From contig QPMI01000216.1 of NCBI GenBank assembly GCA_004431415.1, positions 12,553 to 76,552 of the forward strand: a stretch of 64,000 bases of DNA. The letters run 5' to 3'. The notes beneath the pieces are model-generated. The model made no database searches and had not been told where the DNA came from. It worked only from the letters and a program-made list of their open reading frames with translations. The DNA is from Cyanophora paradoxa CCMP329. Taxonomy: Eukaryota > Plantae > Glaucophyta. This document shows, one piece after another, positions 49,863 through 60,381 of the stretch; within the stretch, counting starts at the first letter, position 1; the number at the start of each line of letters is the position of its first letter. Both the position numbers and the translations under genes were made by a program.

Positions 49863-50215
49863 ATTCTGTTGAAGTAGAAGTAGATTAATGTGCAGAAAGT
49901 AGCCATTGTGCAACTGCTTCAGCTTGTGTTCTCTGCACAATTTACAAGTCTTACTTTACAAGTCGTACTTGTGGTACTGATGGGGATGAAAGTTGAAGTG
50001 TGGGCAGGCTGGACGTGCTCACAGTGAAGTGGATACTGCTTAGTCGAGTGGGATGGAAATTCAAAGGATTTGGCCGCTCGAACTCGAAGGATGAGTTTAG
50101 TAGGTAACTCAGTGACTAGATCTGTAGTCACAAGTACTAGACAAGTACTCGAGAAGCTCTGAAGCAATTTGTAGTATTCTAGAGTTCTCAGATTTGTACT
50201 ACAATCATGCGTCCA

Positions 50216-50404
50216 ACGATCATGAGTCATGAGGCTAACTAGTCGGGTTCTAAAGTTGAACTACGATCATGAGTCATGAAGCTTAGTAGTCCGGTTCTAA
50301 AGTCGAACTACGATCATGAGTCATGAAGCTTAGTAGTCCGGTTCTAATGTCGAACTACGATTATGAGTCATGAAGCACATTAGTCTGGTTCTTAAAGCGA
50401 ACTA
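50216..50404 (+). repeat. 47-bp tandem repeat, four copies, between the convergent transposon genes
   Basis: Unit acgatcatgagtcatgaagcttagtagtccggttctaaagtcgaact, contiguous, outer copies diverged. Confidence 0.9.
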
Positions 50405-50740
50405 CAGCCAGGGTTCTTGAAACGCACGCACACAAGTAGACTAGCTATAGTCGTGTTCAAGATCTAAAATTGTACTATGACAATGAATGTAGTATCAATA
50501 AAGTATAGTAGTAGTAGCAATAAAGTATAAATTATAGTACATGATTCCTAAAGAAGAAGAAGAGTATATATGTATAAGACACGCCCCAGCCGAGCGCGCG
50601 CTGCATGCAGCCTGGCAGGACACAACGCATTCCCAACGCATGCGTTGCGTTTCCGTTGCACACCCGGTTCCCTCTCTCAGTTCCCTTTCAATTTTCGCAT
50701 CTCTGTCAGTTCCCTTTCAAGCAAATTTCTGACAAACACT

Positions 50741-53700
50741 TCATACACCATGCCTAGTGTTGGCCATATTCTGCTGGAATGTCTGCATCATCATCTGAAA
50801 GTGCTGCATCATCTGCTGCATCTGCTGCATCTGCTGCTCCATGCTGGGTGCCGGGGGCATAACTGGGCGCACAGGGCTCGAGGACATAGCTAGCCTAGAC
50901 TGAGGGGCTAGTGGGTAACATGGTGCTGCCAAGGCGGCTTCAAGCTCTGCCTGCGTGTAACTTGGCCCGGAGTTGGGGAGGACAGGCACCCCGTGTGTGT
51001 CCCGAGGTGCGGGCCCAACTCGAACTGGCCCACGAATGGGAGAGCTGGATCCAGAGGATGGCAGGGTAGAAGAAGAGAAAGACGGCCCCAGAGGGAGTGG
51101 GGGACCAATAACGGGAACCGCCCCTGGGACTGGGCCAAGACCCCTCGCAATTGGGGCTGACCCAACAGGGGGCAGCACCACCCCAGGTGCATAGTGCGGC
51201 AGAGGTGGCGGGCGTGGGCCGGGCGGAGCCGCAGCACGGGCCGGGCCGGGCGGGGCCGCAGCAGGAGACGGGGCGGGCGGGGCCGCAGCAGGAGACGGGG
51301 CGGGCGGGGCCGGAGCGCGGGACAGGCCGGGCGGGGCCGCAGCAGGAGACGGGGCGGGCGGGGCCGCAGCAGGAGACGGGGCGGGCGGGGCCGGAGCGCG
51401 GGACGGGCCGGGCGGGGTCGCAGCAGGAGACGGGGCGGGCGGGGCCGCAGCAGGAGACGGGGCGGGCGGGGCAGGAGCGCGGGACGGGCCGGGCGGGCCC
51501 GCAGCAGGAGATGGGGCAGGCGGGGCCGCAGCAGTAGACGGGGCGGGTGGGGCCGGAGCGTGGGCTGTGGCTGCTTGGGCTGCACGTGCTGCGGCTGCTT
51601 GGGCTGCACGCTGAGCGGCATCCTCCTCCTCTTTCTTGAGATAAGCTAGAATTCGCAGCTTGAGAGCCTCCTTGTTACCTGTGTGCGGCAGGTTTGCAGC
51701 ACGGAGGAATGCCTGCAGGGGCTTGTTGGTGGTGTGCATGCCAGGGGCCAGAAGCTGCGAGAAAAAGGAAATTAGAAGAGGAAGTCCAACGCAACTGCAC
51801 CGCAAGCGTTGAATTGAAGAACGCAAACGTGTGCTTTGCGTTGCTACAAAAACGCACCCGTCGTATCCCATCAACAGACGGGATGGGGCCGTACTTGTCG
51901 TCGACAGGGCCATCTGCTGTTGCATTGTCGGCGACGATCGATTCTGCCGTTGCGCCACGCTGGCGCGGAATGATTTTCTCCCCGACACTGGCCGTCTCCG
52001 GGTAGATGCGCTCACGCTTGTTCTTGCACCCGTACTTGCTGCACTGGCAGCTCGAGCAGCACACCAGGCCGCTTGTGAAACAGCCGCATTTCTCTGGAAG
52101 GCAGCCATCCCTGCACTTGCACGGGTCCACGTCGAGACCGGGGGCCTGGCCACAGAAGCTCTTGAATGCTGTCATGAGAGGAACGGTGCCGTTCATTATG
52201 TTGTTCGCACGGTTCTCCTCAATTGTCTTCCAGATTGTCTGCATACCTGCACCAGTTTTTTGATGAGTGTGCAACATTCGTGCAAATGGGACTACCCCTG
52301 CACGTACCGCCCACGAGGTTCATGTTGATCAATTGTGCTCCCTGAATGGGAGTGTCAATGAAACCCGCCATCGTCCTGATCGTGTAGAGGCCATGCGGGA
52401 CGTCCACCACTTCTGTGACGATCCCAGGTACCCTTGCTTGTAGGAGGACGTGCATGCCGAGCTGTTTGACAAGGACGGCCACACGATCCCCGATACTGTA
52501 GATAACAGGACCTGCTCCCTGCTTCTCCGCGCACGCCTTCATCTGGTCTCTGTACACGGCAAGCCGTGCGCATGCCTGGACATTCCCGAATGCACGCACA
52601 AACTGATCGATCTGTCCAACGCATGCGTTGAGAATGCGTTGGATGAGAGTGCGACAAAATTTGCAATGAATTGACGGCACTTACTACGTAGAACACCGGG
52701 ATATCCTTCAAGAGCGGGCTCTCCGCCCTCTGCAGAAGAGCGTTGGCGATATCTTCTTCGTACTTCGCCATGTCATCGCACACTCTGTTCACTTCCTCCA
52801 TGTTTGCAACCTGACAACACAATTACCAACGCATGCGTTGGGATGCGCAGACATTCCGTTGCGCACTCCGAGGAGGTCCTCAATGTCCTTCTCGGTGTAC
52901 GGCCTTGTCGGATCCGACGGTGGCTCAATTCCCAAAGGCCTTCGTGAAGGTCTGCGCCCGGTCATGGCCTCGATGGGTGTCATCTTGTGCCCGTTCGCGA
53001 ACTTCATGCTGTTGTGGGACTCCATTGCCTGAGAATCCAGCATCGATCAGTGCACTTGGAATTTTCAAATGGGGTATGGAAAGGATTTTAAATACATCGG
53101 GAATGGCTAGGGCCCAGTTCGCCCAGTCCTCCGCATTCTGGTTCCGGCGTTCGTAGCAAATAGCCTCGAGCGTCGGCTTCGAGTCCCTGTTCGCGCGCTC
53201 CACAGAGCCCTGGTGCTCTGGAGTGTACGGTTTCCCGTAGGCGATGGACGAGTTCGGGTAGGCCGCCATAAGGACCTTCATGATCTGCCATACTCCGTTA
53301 ACATAATTAATATTGAAGTTTACAAGAGATAACGGGGGATTTCACATCATTCTTGAACTCCGATCCGTTGTCGCAGGACAGGATTGTGCATGCGCCGAAG
53401 TAGGCAAATTTCTCGCGAAGACGATCAGCAACTTCGCCTGCGCACTTTGATTCGCAAGCCTCCAAGATGAGGAAACGAGTGTAGTGGTCCTGCGTTCGCC
53501 GTTGTTCGTTACCGGATGCAGAAATCTGCGCATGACCGTGCCGAAAACTGACCTTTATGGCCAGGACAAATGCCCAGAATCGCGGAATGACGTCCGTGAC
53601 AAAGACCGTCTTGTAGCAGCCCGGAAATTCGGGATCCGGGATTTTCTTCTCGTACCGGCACACGTGCACTGCTTGCTCCCAGTACCAGACCCTCTCGAGC

Positions 53701-55082
53701 TCGCCTGAGCTCTCATTCCACTTCCACCCCGGCAGCCACTCCTGCAACTCCCAGGTAAATTTTAACACGCGGCCAGGCGCATCAATAACAACATCTCACC
53801 ATGCGGGGGCAGGGGCCCATGCCTTGGGCATCTCAAAGAAGTCGACAATTGCCCGATCCAGAAACCAATCACCTTGATTGGATGGAGGATCCCGTCGGGC
53901 TGCCTCCTCTTGTTCTTGAGCTTGCAGACTGGACTGCAGCCCATCCCCACGACCGCAGGTGAGTCTTAGTCACGATTGGTTTGTCGGTGGACAGAAAACT
54001 CACCAAATCTTGACGTAGATGCGGACCAGGTAGCGAGGAATCGCGTACCTTTGCTTCGCATTGTTGTATACACCGGTGCCACCTTTGTGCCCGCTCTCAA
54101 GGTGTTCGCGCTGCGCACGATCATGACCGCGTCACAAACAGTGCAATGCAGTGGACATAAAAATTAAAATGTATTCTGTTCAACGCATGGTCAACGCATG
54201 TGTTGAGAATGTCCAACGCTAGCAACCCAACGCTTGCGTTGAAGATGCGTTGCGCGTGCGCAGAGAATTGCGTTGTACCGCGATCGCACCTGGATGCAGA
54301 TGAAAATGTCCTCGTCACACACCAGCTCCCTGCCCAGTGGGGGGCGTCGCCCGAATTTCCTCGCTTCAAGCGGTTGTCAACCTGCTTCTCCACCACCAGC
54401 CGAAGCTTGCGCCTTGGCCGCGGGTTGGGCATGGCGAGCTCCTCCGCTGTCAGGTTGTCTGTCGGATCTGGAACCTCGCGCAGCGTGTACTTCCCCTCAT
54501 GAACTCGCGCCAATTCTTCACCCGCTTCACATGCTCTGGGCTGCCGCTGGGCTCGGGCGCGTCCGGGTTTTCGAGGATGTACTTAACGTGTTCGATGTCG
54601 GCGCGAGATAGCAGCACCGCTCCGGGCTTCACACGCTGTATAGCGGCTCGATATTCTTCGAAAGTTACGCGCTGCACTGATGCTGCTGGGACCGGTTCAG
54701 CGCCTCGGGATTCGGCGAACATCCGCTGGACTCGGTGGCGAAATTCGGTGGTGTCGATGCGCTTGCCGGCTGCTGCGGCCGAGCCCTTCTTTTGTTGTTG
54801 CTGCCTCGAGCTCGAGCTCGAAGCCGCTGCCTCTGCTGGCTGTGATTCTGAAGCTGCTGCGCCATCTGCGCCCACAGCTGCAGGTGCTGGTGGCTGCTTC
54901 CGAGGGCGCCCGCGCGGCCGCGGCGGTTCACTAGTATTTGGCCGCTTTCGATTACGCGGCTTACTGCTCGAACTCGCCGCCTGTCCGCTCGAGGTGGACG
55001 GCGCCTGCTGGCCGCTCGATGGTGCTGACTGCTGTTGGTTGCTCGATTGCGATGACGATGCCGCTGCTGCGTTGCTGGGCAT
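50741..55082 (-). CDS. Transposase/integrase of the KRBA2/SCAND3-like (Ginger2/TDD) type: AT-hook, HHCC zinc finger, DD(36)E core, SH3-like region, CXC domain, SAP domain, Pro/Ala repeats, Q/M-rich tail; apparent single-base frameshifts
   Basis: RPRGRPRK; REHLESGHKGG...YVKIC|PVC; AIVDFFEM (first Asp, ~53841); DHYTRFLIL..FGACTILSCDNGSEFKND|IMK..IAYGKPYTPEHQGSVERAN; MTPIEAMTGR; YSIGDRVAV; CKCRDGCLPEKCGCFTSGLVCCSSCQC; LQAFLRAANLPHTGNKEALKLRIL. Confidence 0.85.
51230..51560 (-). repeat. Coding minisatellite encoding PPAPSPAAA / PPGPSRAPA repeats
   Basis: Repeated 27-bp units such as ggggccgcagcaggagacggggcgggc. Confidence 0.85.
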
Positions 55083-55368
55083 GTCGATGCGAATGTTAGG
55101 AAACAGAGTCTTGCACAGGAAGTTATTGCCGCAGAGCCCGGACAGATTCTCTGCGGGTGGACACCTGCATTCGAACTTGTTGGGAAGGTCTCTGACATCT
55201 GGATGCTCCCACCACCTCATTGCTGATGTGCCTAGGGCCGCGCCTTCGGGCTCGGTGCGCGCGCGCGGCTCCCCGACCGCTTCCCGCCAGTGCGGTCCTA
55301 TACCGGTAGCCCGGCGGTAGGCTATAATGATAGGCGATTTCGATCGCGACAGCTAGCCTAGCAGTACT

Positions 55369-55477
55369 CCCCAACGCAAAGCTCCGGCTGCGCTGGCCGG
55401 CGCCTTTTTTTCTGCGATGGCTCAAAAGCGTGCGCCATAAAAATAAGATGGCGCGCCATTTTATTTGGCGCACTACA
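55369..55477 (-). repeat. Right terminal inverted repeat
   Basis: Reverse complement of 45328-45435; ends ...cactaca followed by ATGAT. Confidence 0.95.
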
Positions 55478-55970
55478 ATGATCATATGACCATGAGTTGC
55501 CACAACTTGCCAGCTGCAGCTCGCTCGCCGAGTCGCGATCGGCCTCGCCGCCGCCGGCCGCATGCGCACATGTACATGCAGCCGCTGAGCTGCAGATCTC
55601 GAGCCTCAGAGTGCCCGGCCGCGTGCAATTGCAACGTGTCTACCGTAGTATACGTACGCATACGTATACGTATACGTATACGTAAACGTTTAAACGTATA
55701 TATATCCAGGTTCTCAAAGTCCCTACGCCCTGTCATAGCATGTGGGGCCTTCGACACAGATTTTCCCGAGGCGTAGGGGGTGGGGCTCGTGAGGGGTGGG
55801 TGTGGACCCGGGGGGATGTGGCATCAGGAACAAGTTGATGGAAAAAAAAGCATGAGTATCATTTCGAATCGATGAGCAAGAAATTACGAAGGGGAAGAAA
55901 TCCAAATTCACGGGGAAGAAGGGGAATGGGATCAGATCCTGCACTAAGTCCCTGAGTCCTGGAGAGCACA

Positions 55971-56690
55971 AGCCCCGAGCTCTCGCGGACTGCGCCCCGC
56001 GGACATCTGCGGGCGGACATCTCAGAGATAGTTGCGAGAGCCGCCCGGCCGCGCCGCCGGCTCACCTGGCCCAAAGAGCGAGGCCCGCCGGACGAGCCCC
56101 TAGCTCTCGATGCGCTTCGGCGCCCCGCGGGCTGCGGGCGCGCGCCACGGAGGGCGTCTGCGTGCGGATATCTCAGAGACCGTTGCGAGAGCCGCCCGGC
56201 CGCGCCGCCGGCTCACCTGGCCCAAAGAGCGAGGCCCGCTTGACGAGCCCCTAGCTCTCGATGCGCTTCGGCGCCCCGCGGGCTGCGGGCGCGCGCTACG
56301 GAGGGCGTCTGCGTGCGGATATCTCAGAGATAGTTGCGAGAGCCGTCCGGCCGCGCCGCCGGCTCACCTGGCCCAAAGAGCGAGGCCCTCCGGACGAGCC
56401 CCTAGCTCTCGATGCGCTTGGGCGCCCCGCGGGCTGCGGGCGCGCGCTACGGAGGGCGTCTGCGTGCAGATATCTCAGAGATAGTTGCGACAGCCGTCCG
56501 GCCGCGCCGCCGGCTCACCTGGCCCAAAGAGCGAGGCCCGCTTGACGAGCCCCTAGCTCTCGATGCGCTTGGGCGCCCCGCGGGCTGCGAGCGCGCGCTA
56601 CGGAGGGCATCTGCGGGTGAATATCTCAGAGATCGACGCGAGAGTCATTCGGCCGCGCCGCCGGCTCACCTGGCCCAAAGAGCGAGGTCC
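55971..56690 (+). repeat. 151-bp tandem satellite, about 4.5 copies
   Basis: ccggccgcgccgccggctcacctggcccaaagagcgagg recurs five times. Equivalent ORF starts at 56110, 56261, 56412 and 56563 give a 151-bp period. Confidence 0.92.
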
Positions 56691-57963
56691 GCCGTCTGTG
56701 AAGGAACCCGTGAGACTTCAAGTGAACCTGCCGGGCGGGGCGAGCGCACCATGCACGATGTGAGCACTTGCCGTCCGGGGGGCATTGATAGCCCCAGGCA
56801 GGGCGAGCTTTTTCAGTTCGCCTGAATCGGACGTCCCACTGCGGCCAGCGCGGTCAGGGCGGCCAGCGCAGAGCCATCCAAGCAATAGCGTACATCCTCT
56901 GATGCTTCAAGGAGCCGATCGTCTATCCAGGCCGGCCAGCGAGCCAGAGGCGCGCGATGGGAGTGTTCAAGCCCTGCGCGGTCCGTGAACGCGGCGCAAG
57001 ACCGCAGCGCGTGAATAAGCAGATCGGGAGGGATGAACGATGTTGCGAGCCGCGGTGCGGGCGCGATGTCAGCCGCGGGCGCAGAGCTCGAGGAATTCAC
57101 CTGAAGACGCTCTCTCCCGACCGGCGCACGGCCCCGAAAGGCAAAAAGACTGTGCTGCTGCCTCGCGACTGCGTCTGCTGTGCGCTGCAGGCTGCAGCTG
57201 CAGACTGCGCTTTACGAGCAGCTGGGCCCCGTTGCGCATACCCCCCGCGGGTTTTTTTAGAACCGCGGTTCGAACGCGGCCGGAATTCGAATGCCAGCGC
57301 GAGTTAAGGCCTCGCGCGCGGTCGGGAGTTGAAAAACGCATGCGCGAGCATTTTCGGGTGCCCGGCGGCGCGCTCCGGCGACATGCATGGACTTGCATAT
57401 GCACGATGTATGTCTCCGTTCTCGGCAGCCGGGCGAGCTACGGGCTCGCCGCGAGCTCGAGCGCGTAGAGGAGGCCGTTCCCGGTTGTCTCCAATTCGTT
57501 CCGGCGGGCAATCCCGGTCGTGGCCGCAGGGAAACGGATTTGACGAGGCGGCATATGAAGGGGTATATACAAATTGAGCCGTTGGCGAATATTCCAGGAC
57601 TAGGAATATAATATATATGGGATGCCGCGATGATCATGCATATGAGCTTGCAATTGACTCACAGCTGCCGTGATGCATATGATCATGAGGCCTAGCTATA
57701 TATATAGGGGATCCGAGTCATCCGACTGGCACCGTACGCGTCGACGTACGCGTCTGCGCATGCAGCGCTAGCTGAAATTCATGCCCGTCGACGTCATTGC
57801 CATCGCCGGGCCGCGCGCGCCTGCCGCAGTGCGGCGCCCGGCGGCCGGCTGCACATGCAGCGGCACAGCGCCGCGGCCGGGCCGGGCGAGCTCGAGTGGC
57901 GGCTATACACTACGTACACGACAAATGCGATGATGGCTGGATCGCGATCGGCGTCGTCGGGCG

Positions 57964-60381
57964 CTAGAGGGAGGCGGCGAGGGCGAAGCTGTAGGCGGCC
58001 ACGAAGCCGAGCGCGGTGCCGAGGCAGAGGGAGCCCTCCTCGGCGTGCAGCCTGCGCGCCGGCCTCTCAGCCCCGCCCGGCCCCTCCAGCCAAGGCTACG
58101 AGGCAGCGCGGCAGAGCGCACGCGGTGACGGGCCCCAGGCGGCCGGGGCCGGCGTCCAGCTCCCACTCTCTGGCGGGGCCCGAGCGGGGGCCGGGGCCGT
58201 CGCCTGGGCCGCCGGTGCGGAGGAGGCGGAGGGCGCCGGCACGGGAGGCGCAGGCGAGGAGGGCGGGCGCGGCGAGGGCCAGCGCCGCCACGTCGTCGCC
58301 CCCGCCTGCAGCGTCGCCGCGCACCGGCCTCCGGCACCGCCCACCGCCGCACCCGCCCTGCCCCCACCCCGCATCGCCATCAGCAGCGCCCCACCCGCCG
58401 CTCCGCTCCGCTCCGCGCTGCGCCGCGCCGCGCCGGAGCGGGCGGATGCGGACCTTGGCGGTGCCGTGAAGAGCTCGGTGGGGGTGCCCGCGAGGGCCCC
58501 GACGACGGCGGGCCGGCAGCCACCTCGGCCAGGGGCCCCTGGCTCTCGCCCTCGCCCTCCGGCGCCCCGCCCCGAGGCGCCAGACCCGCACGAAGGCCTC
58601 CCGGCCCGTCGTCGAGCGCGACGCCGTCGCCAGCAGCTCTGCCCGCGCCCCGCCCGCACTCGCCTCGGCGACGCGCGGGGACGCGAGGGGGGGGGGGGGG
58701 GGGGCGGGGAGGCGGGGGGGCTTCGGGGTACCGGTTCCGAGAAGGCACATGCACGTGATGCGCTCCCTTGGGCTCTCGAAGCGGCGGGTCCAGGCCCCGC
58801 CGCCCTCGGCGCCCGCGCAGGCCGCGCCTGCACGCGCCGCGCGCGTCAGCCACTGCATGGCGGGTACCAGAAAGCTCAGCGGGTGCGGTCTCCGGCCCAC
58901 CGGGGGCGTACTCCCACACGGCCTCCTCTCCACGGAAGGCCACCAGCATGCGGCCGGCGGCGAACGCGATGTCCTGCGGGTGCGTGAGTCGCGTGCCTCG
59001 TGCAGGGGCGGGGCGGGGTGGGGCGGGGCGGGGCGCGCCGAGATGGGCGGGCGGCCGGGCTTGCGGGTCGGTGAGGAGGGGACGCTGAGGGGCACAACCG
59101 CCGCACCCGCCGCCGCGCCCTCCGCTTCGCACGGCGGAACGATGCGGTACGCCGGGGCCCCGCGCCTGCGGCGCAAGGCGCACGATATGAGGGCCCCGCG
59201 CGAGAGAAGACGGGGGCGGGGGGCGGGGGCGGGGGCGGGCGCACGCGGTGTCCCACGCGACGATGCACCCGTCGAGGCCGGCGCTGAAGAGGGCGCCGCC
59301 GTGCGTCCGGAGCACCTGAGGGGCGACGGTGAGGCGTCGGAGAGAGGCCGGCCGGCGGGGATGAAATCCCGAGAGGGGTACGGCGCGCCTGGATCGCGGC
59401 GGTGTGGGCGCCCGCGAGCGGCTCCAGCAGCCGCCCGTCCGACCGATCCATTCTGGAGGGTCCGGGCTCAGGCGTCGGGCATACGCGAACTCCGGCGCCC
59501 GGTCGGACCTCGCGATGTCGCCCCCGACGGCAGCATACACGACCGGCCCGAGCACTGCCAGCGAAGAGACCTGCGCGGCGGCTTCGCTCGATCGACCGGG
59601 CCGAAGGGAGGGAAGGCGGCCGGAACGCGCCCCGGCGGATGCGGACGCGCGGGCGATGCGCAGGAGGCCGTCGGCGGCGCTGCGGAAGGAGGAGCAGACG
59701 GCGCGCTGGCGGGCGACCTCCGCGGGGCTGAGGTGCGCGAAGACGCGCGCGAGGACCTCCTCTGGCAGCCTGCGCGCCGCCGGCTCGGAGCGGCGCGGCA
59801 CCGGGTCGGATTCGATCCGAGGCGCACTGCAGGATGGAGGTAGAGAAGTCGGAGCCCAGGCTCTTCTTGCTGGGCGAGGGCGGGCAGAGCGCCGCGATGC
59901 GCTTCAGCGTCGCGTCCACCTCCTCCGCCTCCGCGTCCCGCGGCGCACCGCTGCAGACGTCCAGGTAGCGCTGGAGGTGGTGCTTCGCGTCCCGCAGCCG
60001 CCCGGGCCCCAGCTTGTAGAGCGCCATACCAGATATGTAGTGCGCGCGAGCCGACATGCTGACGCCGGCAGGCGCTCAGATGCGTGTAAACGGTGGGCGG
60101 AGTGGATCAGACCTTCGCTTGCCATTGGATCTCGTCTTACCGCCGCCGACGACGAGGGCCCTCTGAGCCATGTGCAGCGCCTGCTCGAACTTCTCGCACG
60201 CGAAAGACGACACGGCGCAGTTGATGTAGGAACGCGTGAACGTGGGATCCGCCGAAATGGCGGCCAGATACAGAGACGCCGCGCGCTCGTGCTGCCCCAA
60301 CGCCGCGGCCGCGTCGCCCGACTCTGCGAGGGCGAAGGCCGATGGCCCGCTTGACCCGAGGCTCGGCGCCTCGACGTCCAT
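57964..60381 (-). CDS. TPR + F-box + WD40-like repeat protein, multi-exon
   Basis: TPRs (GQHERAASLYLAAISADPTFTRSYINCA; ARAHYISGMALYKLG..DAKHHLQRYL); F-box RLPEEVLARVFAHLSPAEVARQRAVCSSFR; WD-like AHTAAIQ.L...GALFSAGLDGCIVAWD and AFVRVWRL. Stop TAG at 57964-57966. Confidence 0.78.

Larger units (their letters stand above)
45328..55477. mobile_element. 10,150-bp TIR DNA transposon with a retroviral-like integrase (Ginger2/TDD-like) and two convergent genes
   Basis: Ends TGTAGTGCGCC...GGCGCACTACA. ~108-bp TIRs with two differences. Identical 5-bp flanks ATGAT (45323-45327 and 55478-55482). Internal HHCC plus DDE integrase. Base composition and intron style differ from the host genes. Confidence 0.92.

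Noticed and set aside
50216-50404. 47-bp repeats as a CRISPR array
   Set aside because: Units are contiguous with no unique spacers, there are no cas genes, and the context is eukaryotic.
45328-55477. LTR retrotransposon or Polinton
   Set aside because: The terminal repeats are inverted rather than direct, and no gag, RT, RNase H, DNA polymerase B, packaging ATPase or capsid motifs were seen. The TSD is 5 bp, not the 6 bp typical of Polintons.
55700-57620. Helitron or other element enclosing the 151-bp satellite
   Set aside because: No convincing TIR, TSD or 3' hairpin-CTAG in an A/T target could be established.
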